Shown here: positions 29,401 to 42,247 of the stretch, one piece after another | Layout: each line of letters starts with the position of its first letter | Numbering within the stretch: the stretch's first letter is position 1 | Origin: Chrysomallon squamiferum | Taxonomy: Eukaryota > Animalia > Mollusca | Assembly (NCBI GenBank): GCA_012295275.1 | Contig: CM022665.1 | Location: 15,004,001-15,068,000 of the forward strand | Direction of reading: 5' to 3' | Length of the DNA stretch: 64,000 bases | The notes under the pieces: model-generated | Database searches by the model: none | Told to the model about the DNA's origin: nothing | What the model saw: only the letters and a program-made list of their open reading frames with translations | Made by a program: the position numbers and the translations under genes

Positions 29401-32400
29401 TAGAAATTATTTTCAACTAAATAATACTGCAGCTTCATTACTTATTTTGATTATTATTGTTTGGTATTGTGATTTGTGTGTTTCTGTTTTGTTGCCAGGC
29501 TCTTATAATGCTTTCCATGACCGCAAGCATAAACATTCTGGAGGAGGTCAGGGGGGCAATGTGGGGCAGGGGATTAAGAAATGGGAAGAGAAGCTTTCAA
29601 GAAAACCCATTTCCAATCATATATCATCATCTGTCAATCAATCTGTTTATGAGGATGGGTTAATGCCCGTCCCCGAGGGCAACACATCTTCAATTCCTAG
29701 TACAGGTTTTGAATCAAACAGACTGAGTGACAATGTTTCTGATGCTGCTGCTGCTCTACACATTGTCTCTGAAAATGTAAACAATGTAGAAGATACTAAC
29801 ACTTTGCACAATTCCCATTTCACCACAGCTTCTAGTGTCCACAGCAAAATTAACACTGCACCACTCACTGATAGAAAAAGTGAAACAGATTTCAAGAAAC
29901 TGTACTCACCAAAGCAACAGGATTCGTTTAACCACTGCACTAATTTGTCAGATTCTCCTGATAAACATGAAGATCCTTTTCTCACAAGAGTGGTGAGAAT
30001 ACCTGATATTGTCCAGCAGTACTTAGATGCCGACAATGATCTTTCAGATTGCCTGAGTGTCATAACAGAAGCCACAGAACCAACAGAATCTGACGATGTT
30101 GCCATTCTTACTATGAGCGAATCATCATCGACAGGGACTATTCATGATGAAGAGCTGGATAAACAGTTTGATGAGATTTACAGCAAAAATCTCAAATATG
30201 ATTTGCATTTAGATCCCAACTGCTCACCTAATGGCAATGAAGTCAACAATGCAGTTAAAGTCAAAGTTACCAAATCACATTCTTGGAAGAAGATTAAAAA
30301 GTCTCCAAAACATGACAGATGTAATAAAGAAAAGGACCAGGCAAAGGAGGGAACTAATGTTGAAACAAAGTCAGAAGAGTCTGATGAAACCAAAAACACA
30401 CCTAAAGTAACTGAAGGAATGCAGAAAATGGAACAATCTCTCAAACTGAATACACATGCTGAAAATAAAGAAACTAATATCATTAAATCTGATGATCAGG
30501 GAAAAGAAGAAATGTGTTCAGAGAGGATAAAAGATTCTGCAATTGAAGAAGACATCACTGTTGATAAAGCTGTGTTGGAACTTAACAGCAGCAACACATC
30601 TAAAACTGCTGCAGCAGATAATCTGTTATCTGGGGGAAAAACTTCTAGGTCTAAAACAGTTGACATAACTTCTTCAGTCACTTCTGAAGATGTTCTGAAT
30701 GGAAATGTGGAAAGTTCTGAAGTGGAGATTATCATTAAGGATACAGGTTTAAAGCCAGCAGTGAAAACAGATGTAGAGGAATTGCATGAAAAAGAAGGTG
30801 ATGCTAAAGGTAATGATGACAAAAACTATAGAACGCTTTCTAGTAATTATGATAATGGTGAGGTGGTGCATGGGTCAGTTGGTCCTTTAAATGCATATTT
30901 TGGAAATGGCTCTTCTGAAGCTTCTGACCATGTTGATCAAGCCCTGGGTTCTAGTACTGCTGCATGTTTAGATAGTTGCACTATTTCACAAGGTGATGGT
31001 AACCTAAATGCTTTAAAAGATTCTAACATGCTTTCTGTTGGTTCTGATGCTAACATTCTTTTTTCTGTAACTGCATGCACAGATTTTCAGGGTGATGCAA
31101 GCACAGTTGTTCCTACAGGTGCTGCTAATGATACGGTGGATTTTAGTTCCAAAACTCTAACATCCTCATCAGAATCTAATACAGATGGTTCAGCCAAGTC
31201 AGAAACAGACATTCCCATAGTTTCTGAACTTAATGAACTCACTGACAGCTTAACAGTTTCAGACACCAACATTTTACCAGTTTCAGAACCTACTACTTCA
31301 CCAGTTTCAGACACTAAAACTGATTTAGGTGTCAAGACATTACCAATTTCAGATTCTAATATTTTACCAGTTTCATTTTCGGACACTCTACTGGTTCCAG
31401 ACACCATTTTAAAAGATTCAGACACCACCACTTTACCAGTTCCAAATCCTAATACTTCACCAGTTTCAGACACTAACATTTTACCAGTTTCAGAGTCAAA
31501 CACTCTGGCAGAATCAGACTCTAATGATCAAACAGTCTTTGATTCTGAAGCTCAATCTGTAGCATCATCTTCACTTCTCATTTCATCTTCTTTTCCCTGC
31601 TCTGCATTAGCTTCTGCTGGTCAGAATCAGTTGATGTCCCAGTCAGCGGAAGACATCACTCTACCTACTCCTTCTTGTCTACCAGAAGTGGTTGTAGAGC
31701 AGCAGACATCAAAACAAGGTAGATCCATTCTCAGTTTATCCATTCCTCAGTGTTAATTTAATGTACTCCTTTAGTATACATCCTTACAACAGAAGCAACA
31801 ACAACAATATTATTAAAGTATATATAACATACATGTGTGTGTGCATGTACATTGCAATAATTATTATTATTATTATTTATTGATATGATTATCATCATCA
31901 TCACTGTTATTAATGTCATTTATTTATTTAGGTATCTTGGTTAATAAAAATTATTCATGCTGGAGACCTCTAAAATTGATAATTTGAATATAATCCTTGT
32001 TAGTTTAACCAAAATTTGTGTGTATTAGATTTACACATACTTTCATATGATATGTGCTTTGACTGGTAACTTAATTTGACCATCTGAATAGGCATGTGAA
32101 TTTAACACTGACTTCGTGTCCCAGACCACATGTATTGTTATCAGCTGTATAAATGATACTGCTTCAGGGAGTTAGCTAAACCAACAGACATTGATTGCAT
32201 TATAAAATTATTACAGTGTAAGAAAACTGCTTTTGACAGTAATTTATAATTTATGTCAGAATTACATCAATAATGTTGCTTGGTGACTGAGAGTTGAATT
32301 TCATAGATTCATTTTTTAAATTTTAAATTTTTTTTTTTTAAATTTTTTTTAAGTATGTAATGTATGTGTGTGTGTGTGTCTGGAAATGTGACTGTACTGT

Positions 32401-35400
32401 GGGTACATATGTGTTTGAGTTTATATTAGCATGTAAGTGTGTGTGTGTGTGTGTGTGTGTGTATGTCTGTCTCTGAGTGTATGTACATCTATTTAAGTAT
32501 TCATTTCTGTCAAATTACATTGATAATTTTAGTCACTAAAAGTAAAAACGAATTTCAGTATTTCTATTTAAGATTCAGATTAAATGAATCTCATTGCATT
32601 AAGATTGTATCATAAGTATTTCCCCAGAGTTATATCTGTGATAACCACTTGTTTTCTATTGGGTATTCAAGTAGGTTTATAGACCATAAATACAAATTTA
32701 TCACCATGATTTCACTAAATCAGGTAGTTAGATTGTTCTTTGCATTGATTATTTGGAGCTGTTTTTCTCTGCATCAGTAAGTTCTTGGTGCTTGGTGCAT
32801 GGTGTGTGTGTGTGTCTGTGTGTGTGTTTTAAAGTATATGGTATGTATTCATATATGCTGCTGTGTATGTGTGTGTGTGTCTGTACATATTTGTATCTAT
32901 CTATCTATATATCTATCTTTCTGTCTATCTATCTGTCTGTCTATCTGTCTCTGTCTATCTTTCTTTCTATCTGTCTATATATATATATATATATCTAAAA
33001 AAGAATAAACTAAGAGTATATTTGTTTTTCTCATTCAGTTAGTCATCCACAAATTAACACTCATTTATTTTTATCTTCATGAAATGGCTGTACCATGAAG
33101 CTACAGTCCACTGCCTACAACAAAGTATTTTTCTGTGTGGTTTGAACGTGACAAATGAGGTTTGGTTTTATAAGCGAAAAAATTGGCAGAGTGAATTGGC
33201 AATTTCAGACACAATTCTTACGTGTAATAACACATTGTCCTGTTTTATTTTTACATTTGTGTGAAATTATAGAGCAAATTTAATAGTGCGTTGTTGTTCG
33301 GGTCATATATATGTACATAATGCCATTTTGTGCAGCCATACAAACTTCTGTTGGTTGATACAAAATAGATAAGTTACAAACAGGTTTCCATTTCATGTTG
33401 CCAATCAATATGATAAAGGTGCTTTCATACAGTGCAATTTGCCATAAGATTCTGAAGATGTGTTATTAATTTAATTTTGTGTGATAAAAGTGCTGTTATG
33501 CAGTACTGTTTGTCCTAATGATTTTGAAAATGAATTACAAATTTAATTCAGTGTGATAAAGATGCTCTTGTGCAATGCAGTTTGCACTAATGGTTTCAAA
33601 GATGTGTTACAGATTTAATTCATGTGCTTTTACACAATGTAATTTGCAGAAATTGAGTCTGATAGCAGGATTTGCCGTAATGATTTTTGAAAATGCAGTA
33701 ATAACTTTAATTGGATCAGATTTGATACAGTAGGATTTGCAAAAGTATTTTTATTGGTTTACTGCAAATTCTGACCAGTCTGCTTTAGGTGTTTTTATGA
33801 AGAACAATTTTTAAGAATGTAATGTGTTCTGTTATCCACATTAAACTTCTTTTTTTTACACAGATGTTGAATTTTTAATTCAAAATCTTAAAGGTGCCTT
33901 TAAAAATCATGATTTGCAATAATGAATTTTATTGTAAATATTTTATTTAGTAGTTTCTAGGTGTGTAGTACCTTCAGTTTATATCAGTAGTTTTTATTTC
34001 CTTTATATTAGATTAAATCAATACTTGTCCAAAGTACCTTTACATTGTACAAACTGCAGTAATGATTTTATTTTTGTTACTGTTTTCTACATTGTAGTTT
34101 ATATATTTATATTTCTGTTAACATTGTTGTTTTTTTAAATTTATTTATTTATTTTTTGTTTTTTTTTTTTTAATTTTTATATTTTTTATATTCAGTGTAT
34201 TAAGACAATGAAACTGTAATATAAAGGTAATTTCACATAGTGTAATATACTGTAACAATTTTTAAATGTTTTAAATAATTTCAATTAATGATTTTTATAT
34301 CACATATGCAAAAAATATTTTTAATGTTATATTTAGATATTCGGAATAAGTTGTTACAAACTGGACAGTATTTTTAGTATTAATAAAAAGTGTTTTCTTG
34401 AAATACTTCCAGTAATTTATATAATGATCAAATTAATAATAATAATAGGAAGAAGAAGAAGAAACAGAAAACAGTGACGAATAATAATAATAAAAAAAAT
34501 TAATAATAATAACAGTAATAATAAAGATAATTATAATGGTAATAAAATAATAATAATTAATAATAATAAAAAGTAAATCCATACCAGTACATTTTTATAC
34601 TGTTTACTTAAAAAAAAAAAAAAAAAAAAAAAAAATTCAGATAATATTTATTTATAATCAAAAGAAATAGTTTCTTTACTTTTTAGGAATTTTCTGGCAA
34701 TTCTTTGCTATTCATATGACAATAATATTTATATAAAAAGGAGAAAAACCTATTCCAAATTGTGAGGATAATTTTGATGAATTCTGTGATATGCTATTGA
34801 TTTTTGCTCTATAATGACAAAAGTGGAGACTGGTAGTTGTAAGAGATTGAAGATGTCTATTACTTGTAGACTTATCTTCTAAGAAATGAAAATGAAAAGG
34901 CCAGATTTAAAAAATACTAACAATAATATAAAAGAAAAAAGGAACAGGAAAGAGAATAAAGAAAATCTGACCAGAATTTGATAAAATTAGTTTTATTATT
35001 ATCAGTGAATCTTTATATCACAAGTGAAATTGGTGACCTTTTGAAATTATATATTGATGATAAACAGAAAAAAAGAAGGTGTATTTATTCATGTTGTAGT
35101 TGTGTTTATTTTAATGTGTCTGAGTGTATTGGTGTATATCTCTGTATAGTGTACATATAATGTGTTTCCTTGTGTTTGAACATGTATGTATGTATTTTAG
35201 GGTTTGAATATTCTCTGTTTTATGTACATCTGTTTATACTGCACACAGATAATATTCGAAAGTATGGCACCCATTTGTCTGCACACCACCTATATATAGC
35301 TTACATATATTGTGTGTGCGTGTGTATGAACGTGTGTGTATGTTAACAGCATATCTAGTTATGTTTGACTTAACAAATTTTTATTGTTTTCAAGCTTACA

Positions 35401-36613
35401 ACTGTGTGTTGCTTTTTTTCTTCAGGTTTTTTGTTTGTTTTTATTTCTATTTTTAATTTTTTTCTGTTTTCCATGTTGTTTTCTACTTGTTGATTTAAGT
35501 GCTGCAACATGTTACCTGGATTAATCTGTTATTCAAACTTCTTTATTCATAGATGCTGCTGATACATGGTGAGCGAAAGAAGAAAAGAAAATGTTAATAA
35601 TTGTTAAAATCTTCTGACTGAAACTAATATTAATATTTGTTTCACATTATTTCTTTTAGGGAACCATGACGTGTAAATAATAGAATGAAGAAAACAAACC
35701 GATGTCAAGACAATTTTTTCCATTACTATTTTTTCCCCCCTCTATATTAAAACTTGAAATTTGGTTATCGTATTATTGTTTGAGGGAAGACATAGGATGG
35801 GGGAGGGTATTGAAGAAGTCGTATGATAGTTGGATACATATACATATACAAACACAATACACAAGAACCTATATTCATATACACATACAATTCAGATATA
35901 TACAGACAGACTTTTACAAACATATGTGTTTATATGTACATACACACACACATGCACGCACATAACTACTTCAACACACACACACAAACACACATACATA
36001 TAAAGCCATGTATACACATACATCAACACAAATTCACACACACACAAACATACCATACAATGTTTTTACTCACATACTAAGTAAATTATATATCTTTAAT
36101 TATGTTTTTTAAATTATTACTCTTTCTGTTACAACTAACTCATTTTTATCGCAGTGTAAGTGTTCAGTGTACTGGATTATGCAGTATTTTGATCAGTATA
36201 TTGATTACTAATAATATGTTTACATTTTTTAGCAACATGGATTTTTAAATAAAGGATGTCTCATTTTTAATTGTTTTTATTTCTTTCTCAGCTGTGGTTG
36301 AAGGTTTGCTTTATTATTTTTGTTATTTCTTTGTATTCATTTTTTATTTATTTATTTAGTTGTTGTTTTGGGGGGAATTTTTTTTTTTCTATCTCTTTTT
36401 GTTTGATCAAGAAACATTAGATCTGTTGAAAAATATGGCATAAAGATTACGTGAATGACAAAAATATGTCACTGAGCATATGACATAAATGGGAAACTAA
36501 TGCAAAGGAAATCATAAAATATTCATGTTTTTCTGTCATAACACAACCAGAAAACCTTTATATTTCTTGTAGGTTTGTGTTTTAATGTATATGTCTGTGT
36601 GTATCTGTATATT

Positions 36614-36660
<47 letters not shown>

Positions 36661-37649
36661 ATGCTTGTCTGTGTGCACGTGCATGTGTGTGTGTGTGTGT
36701 GTGTGAACCCTAAACTAACTATTAAAATTTATATTGAAAGAAAGACTTTAACAGTATTATGAAGTGTATGAAATAAAAAAAATTGTTTTCCTAAACTTAA
36801 GATATCATTAGGAGGTAGTATTAAGTTGGTAACAGTTAAAAGGTAAGTACTGCCGTGCCACAATACATAATTACAGCATGTTTAAAAATATGTCCACAGC
36901 GAATTAATACCATTAAAACTGTTCACAACTTCAATGATATTTTACAGATTCCAGTTTAGCACCCTTTGTCAAAGTAACTTCAGAGACTGGGTCTGATGAG
37001 ACGGGCAGCCATGGAGGTGACAGCGGCCACCTCAGCAGTACATCAGCAGACAACACCCCAGAACATGCACAGCGTTCACCAAAGCATCTCTCCATTCCGT
37101 CACTGGTGTGCACTTCAGTTGAGGAGGTTGGTTTTATTTTCTTCTCTTCTCATAATTTGTCTTGCCTAATATCCGATTTGGGCAACAAGTAAATATTTGA
37201 AGCAGTCCAAGTGTCTATTAAACAGCACTGGTAAACACGTAAGTGTGTATTTTAAAGCATTTCTGCGTGTAGAAAAGTCTCTTGCTGGTAATTTAAAAAG
37301 AAAAGCCATCATTTTCATAGCAGCAGATTGTGTTGTTAGTAAAGTCCTTGTCCAGATGAGTAATGCCACACAACTTTAGTTTGTAAATATGTTGAGTACA
37401 TCATTAAATAAAATATTTCTTCCATCATTCTTTATGTAAAAGATACTTGCTGCTGATCGAAAAAGAATATCTCATGGTAGTGTTATCTGATTATTATCAC
37501 TGTTAAAATATAATGATAATAATAAAATGAGATACAAATAATTTAACTTCTGTTCTCTAGATTCCAGTGCAGTAATTAAATAAATAAATAAAAAATGTAC
37601 ATTAGATACTTATTATAAATACATACAAAATAACAGTAACAACATATTA

Positions 37650-37689
<40 letters not shown>

Positions 37690-38097
37690 AAAAAAGGTAC
37701 CACAAAAAGTACGAACATTATAGATCAATTTCCTATATATTTTACCTACATAACTTCATTCAGCAATATATCACTAGATAAAATTGACACACTTTTTATT
37801 AAACAAATTTTTTAATAACCAAGACCCTGGAAATGTAACGAGTTGCCTGCTTCTGATATTAAATATCTATTTTCTACCATAATATACAAACTACATTGTG
37901 CTTTTCCTGTTGTGTAGCTTCTCTCCCTAGCCTCACACTGTTCACAGCTTGTGTTTGATACATTTACTGTGTTTGTGTGTAATGTTTGTAGAGTAATACT
38001 GCTGATATGTGTACTCATGCAGTAGGTTATTAAATGTGTGACATTTTATTTCATCCTTTTTGATAAACAAATACATATTTGTCATGGTGTTGGAAAA

Positions 38098-38150
<53 letters not shown>

Positions 38151-41100
38151 GGATGTAGTATGGGTATATGAATGTTGTATGTATGTAAGGATGTAGCATG
38201 TATTTATGTGTGTGTATGTAGGTTTGATATATTTATGTGTGTTTAGATATATTTGTATATATTTATGTACATGTGTGTGTATGTACATAGTGTTGTTTTG
38301 TGTCTGTATGTTCGTCCATGACAGTGTGTGTCTGTGTGCCAAGTTACCAATAATATTTCAGTTTTAGCTTTGTTTTTCTTTTTGTTGTTTTCTTTATTTC
38401 TATGATGTTTTATATTGTGTCATTAGTAGAAATGATGTTGAATGTTGATGTAGTAGATGTTGTTATTAGAATAGATATAATGAAGAGGATGAAGACATTG
38501 ATGACATGGTGTCATCGTTGGCATCTAGAAATCACCTGCGAAGTCATCTGACAGTAAGTTTGGACAATGATGACTTCTGAAAATGTATCATTTTTAAATT
38601 AACTTTAGAAATTCTGTTATTAATGTGCTGGTTTTGTGTTATTTTGGTGATGGTTATCTGACTTAGCAAAAGAAATTTTTAATATTTTGAAATATTGCAT
38701 TGTTCTAATTACTAACTTCATATCTTCATGCTACCAATCAGAAAATGTTACTGAATATAACCAATTTTCATGAAAGTAATTAGTATTAACTGGAATTATT
38801 AAATGTAACTATGCATTTATATAAAGTTACTAAAAGCATTAAATGTAACTGATATTTAAAAAAGCTTAAAAGGTTTAAATGTAACTGAAATTATTAAATA
38901 TAACAATGGGATGATTATTAGCAATAATAATAATAACAATAATATTTATTGTTTACATTTTGGTTTTGGTTTGTCTATTTTTTTGTGTTAGCAGTATATT
39001 TCTGTTTCTCTTTTTCTGAAGATTATATTGCAAATAACTGTTTTGATTTTAATTTAAGACTTTTACATTAAGATCTGTAATTCTCTTTCTTTTGTAGTTC
39101 TCATCTCACTCTTCTCTTTCAGTATAAAAATGTCTCCATCCAAGCATAATGTTACACACCTCCATGTCTGTTAACATCTGCAGTGTTACCTCATCAGCAG
39201 CTAATTTTCTTATATTAACACATTTTCTGTATAAACTTTTTTGTTCTTTTTTCCTTTTTCCTTTTTCTATCTTTTTTCTTTTTTTTTAAAGTATCTTCTG
39301 TAAACAGTATGTTTTCATACAGTTTTGGCAGTTAGTGTAAACATGGATGTGTGCTATTTTCCAGTAAACCACTTCACTATAAAAGGAAAACTGAAATTTG
39401 TGTTTTCATATAATTAACTTCAGATGAAGATATTTTAGCTTTACATGCTTCTGTACATCAAAAAATGTTTTTATAAGCCATTTCTCAGTAATTCTGAATC
39501 TGGCAAAATGGTACTCACTCTTTATGTGTTAATTGTTGTTTGGTATACACTGTATAGAAATAAAAATCATTATAGTCTGTTATAAAAAGAGCAATTTTTT
39601 ATGAATGTTAAAATATTAAGATAAATCTTTGGATTGGTTATTAATTTTGTTATTTATATATATATTATTTTATTTTTGTTTCCCCATTTGCATTTTTAAA
39701 AATTGTTTTATTTGTTTATAATGTTTTTATCATTTTAAATTTATTTTACTTTTCAACTGAAATTGTATTTTTCATTATGTAGTTCATTTCCTCCCCCACA
39801 TTAAAATTCACGTATCTTCTTCGTCAATAAAAATAGCGATATCAATATCCTAATCAAGATACAGTTTCATAAATATATATATATATATATATATACAAAA
39901 AAATTATAAAACTTAAAAAACTAATAATAAAAAAAACAACTAAATTCTTCTTTAAACAAAAAATAAAATAAAATAAAAAAATAAAAGAATCAAATAAACT
40001 AAACAAAATAAAAATTATTCATAATGATTTCCTAAAATACAAGATAATAAAAACAATATATAATTTTGGCTCCAACCTAATTTAACAAGATCTAAAAACG
40101 CTTCCGATTTTTCTTCATTTTTTTTTTTTTTCATCTTTTCTGGTTAGAGTTGTCTTCTGTGGATTGACCGGAGACAACTTGCCTGGTTTTTGTTAATTGC
40201 AGGATTTGCCATGGAAATTGCATCCTGAGCTGTAGAGCTCAGATTGTTAATAGGAAACGTAACCCCCTAAAGTAATGCCAGAATTGAGAAATAAATGAAT
40301 CTGCTTGTGCAGCTTGTAAAAAAAAAAAAATCAGTGTAACTTAAAGTAACAGCAATTACAAAATGTAACAAAGTTATTGGAATTGAACAAATGTAAATGA
40401 AAATGACAGGAATTCAAAATAAAAATACTTGGACTGAGAATAAGGAAATAAATTAATGTGCTCTTGTTTCTGGTAAAATAATTCAGTGTAACTTAGAGTA
40501 ACAGAAATTATAAAATGTAACAGAAAAAGCACGAAATTAAACAAATGTAAACAAAAAACAAGGTAACTGAAATAGCAAATTAACACTTAAATTTATTGGA
40601 AATCCAAAATATAACTCTCTCAATGCTTAATGATATGTAAGGAACAGGAGTTACACAGTGTAACTGAAAGTAACTGAAATTACAAAATGTAACAAAGTAA
40701 ATGGAAAATAGATGAAACAAACAGGAATTAAAAAATGTAACAAAGTAAATGAAACTTACCAGAATTACAAAATGTTATTAAACATTAAATGTAATTTAAA
40801 ACAGTAGAAGTTGTAAAAGGTAACTAAATTTCATGAATGAAACTATGATTATTAAATGTAACTCAAATTACTGAATATGAATAACTTTAATTATTTATTT
40901 ATCTCATGGATACCTTTAATGATACTATAGCAGTCAAGGCATTTAAATGTCTGTGTACGTTCAATAACCATTTTATAATATAATGACTTTACTAGTTACA
41001 ACAGAATCTCTGGTGTATTATATCAAGTTTTCATTAATCCATTGGATATCATCTACATATGCCACAGATCCAAGTTGTGCTGTTGGATGGTAATACTAGC

Positions 41101-41607
41101 AGTGGTAGTAAAGAGATTACTAATTAAATACAGCAGGAATGATTAAATATAACTGAAAACAAACAGAATTAGGCTTCTACAATTTGAAGAACCAAAATGT
41201 GAAAATAGACATACAGCTTGAATTAGTATTTACAAGATATTTTAAGTGCAGGTTGCTAAACAACTGATCTTAATGTTAGGAAATTAATTTTGATAAATAG
41301 GTAAATAGATTAGCTTGATGAAATGAAATCTGAATTATAAGTTATGGACAACAGCTAAATTTGGAGGAGCAAAAGTAAATTAACAAAATAATTCTAGAAT
41401 TATAAATTTGATTACATTCATTTTATTTAAGAATTTAAAAATTATTATAAAAGAAACAAATATGGAAGTTTGTAGAACTTTTTTCCCTTTCTCTCTCTTC
41501 ACAAATTTTAACAATATTATTTCATATATATAATTATCAATTGTTTTTCATAGGGGATAGTTTTAAGGAATTATTATTATTATTATTAGTAGTAGTAGTA
41601 GTAGTAC

Positions 41608-41640
<33 letters not shown>

Positions 41641-42215
41641 AGGACAGTAGAGAGAGTCTGTACAGTATTTACAGTGATGCAGGGGAGATAAACTATGGTA
41701 AGATTCCTGTCAGTGGAGAAATTCTGTTTGGACTGGACTACAACTACCGGTCTAGTGCACTGGAAATATATATAAAACAATGTAAAGACCTCGCACCAGT
41801 CGATACAAAGAGAAACAGATCAGATCCGTAAGTATAATTTTATTTAAAACTTTATCTGGACATTGATATCTGTAGAAATTTAATAATATTCAGATATATA
41901 GTTACATTTTAGAAAATTTATAATATTGTAAATAAGCAAAGTTTTAATTCAGAAATTTTATAACAGTATAGATAAGTAAAGTTTCATTTCAGAAATATTT
42001 TAAAATTTTAATATAAATTGTGAAATGAGCTTGGCAACTTAAATGAACAGCACTTTTTAAATTGATAAATATTTTTTAAAAAAGTATTATTCTTTATTTA
42101 TTTATTATTGGTGTTTATTGTCAATATTTTTATTTATTTATTTATTTATCATCATCATCATTATTTAATTTATTTATATTTTTTATTTGTTTTTGGTTTA
42201 TGTATATTTATGTGT

Positions 42216-42247
<32 letters not shown>

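Noticed and set aside
29393-31756. 787-aa ORF as a standalone secreted/membrane or mucin-like gene with a hydrophobic N-terminus
   Set aside because: It starts at TTG; the hydrophobic N-terminus is translated T-rich intron; phase-1 splice sites at 29498 and 31719 place it within the Slp gene.
1710-38342. Many 60-130-aa ORFs rich in HT, CV, IY, L, N or ER runs
   Set aside because: They are translations of microsatellites and AT-rich low-complexity intron sequence.
40149-40260. Possible extra exon in a GC-richer patch between exons 7 and 8
   Set aside because: Both plausible acceptors reach stop codons in phase 0 and there is no convincing donor.
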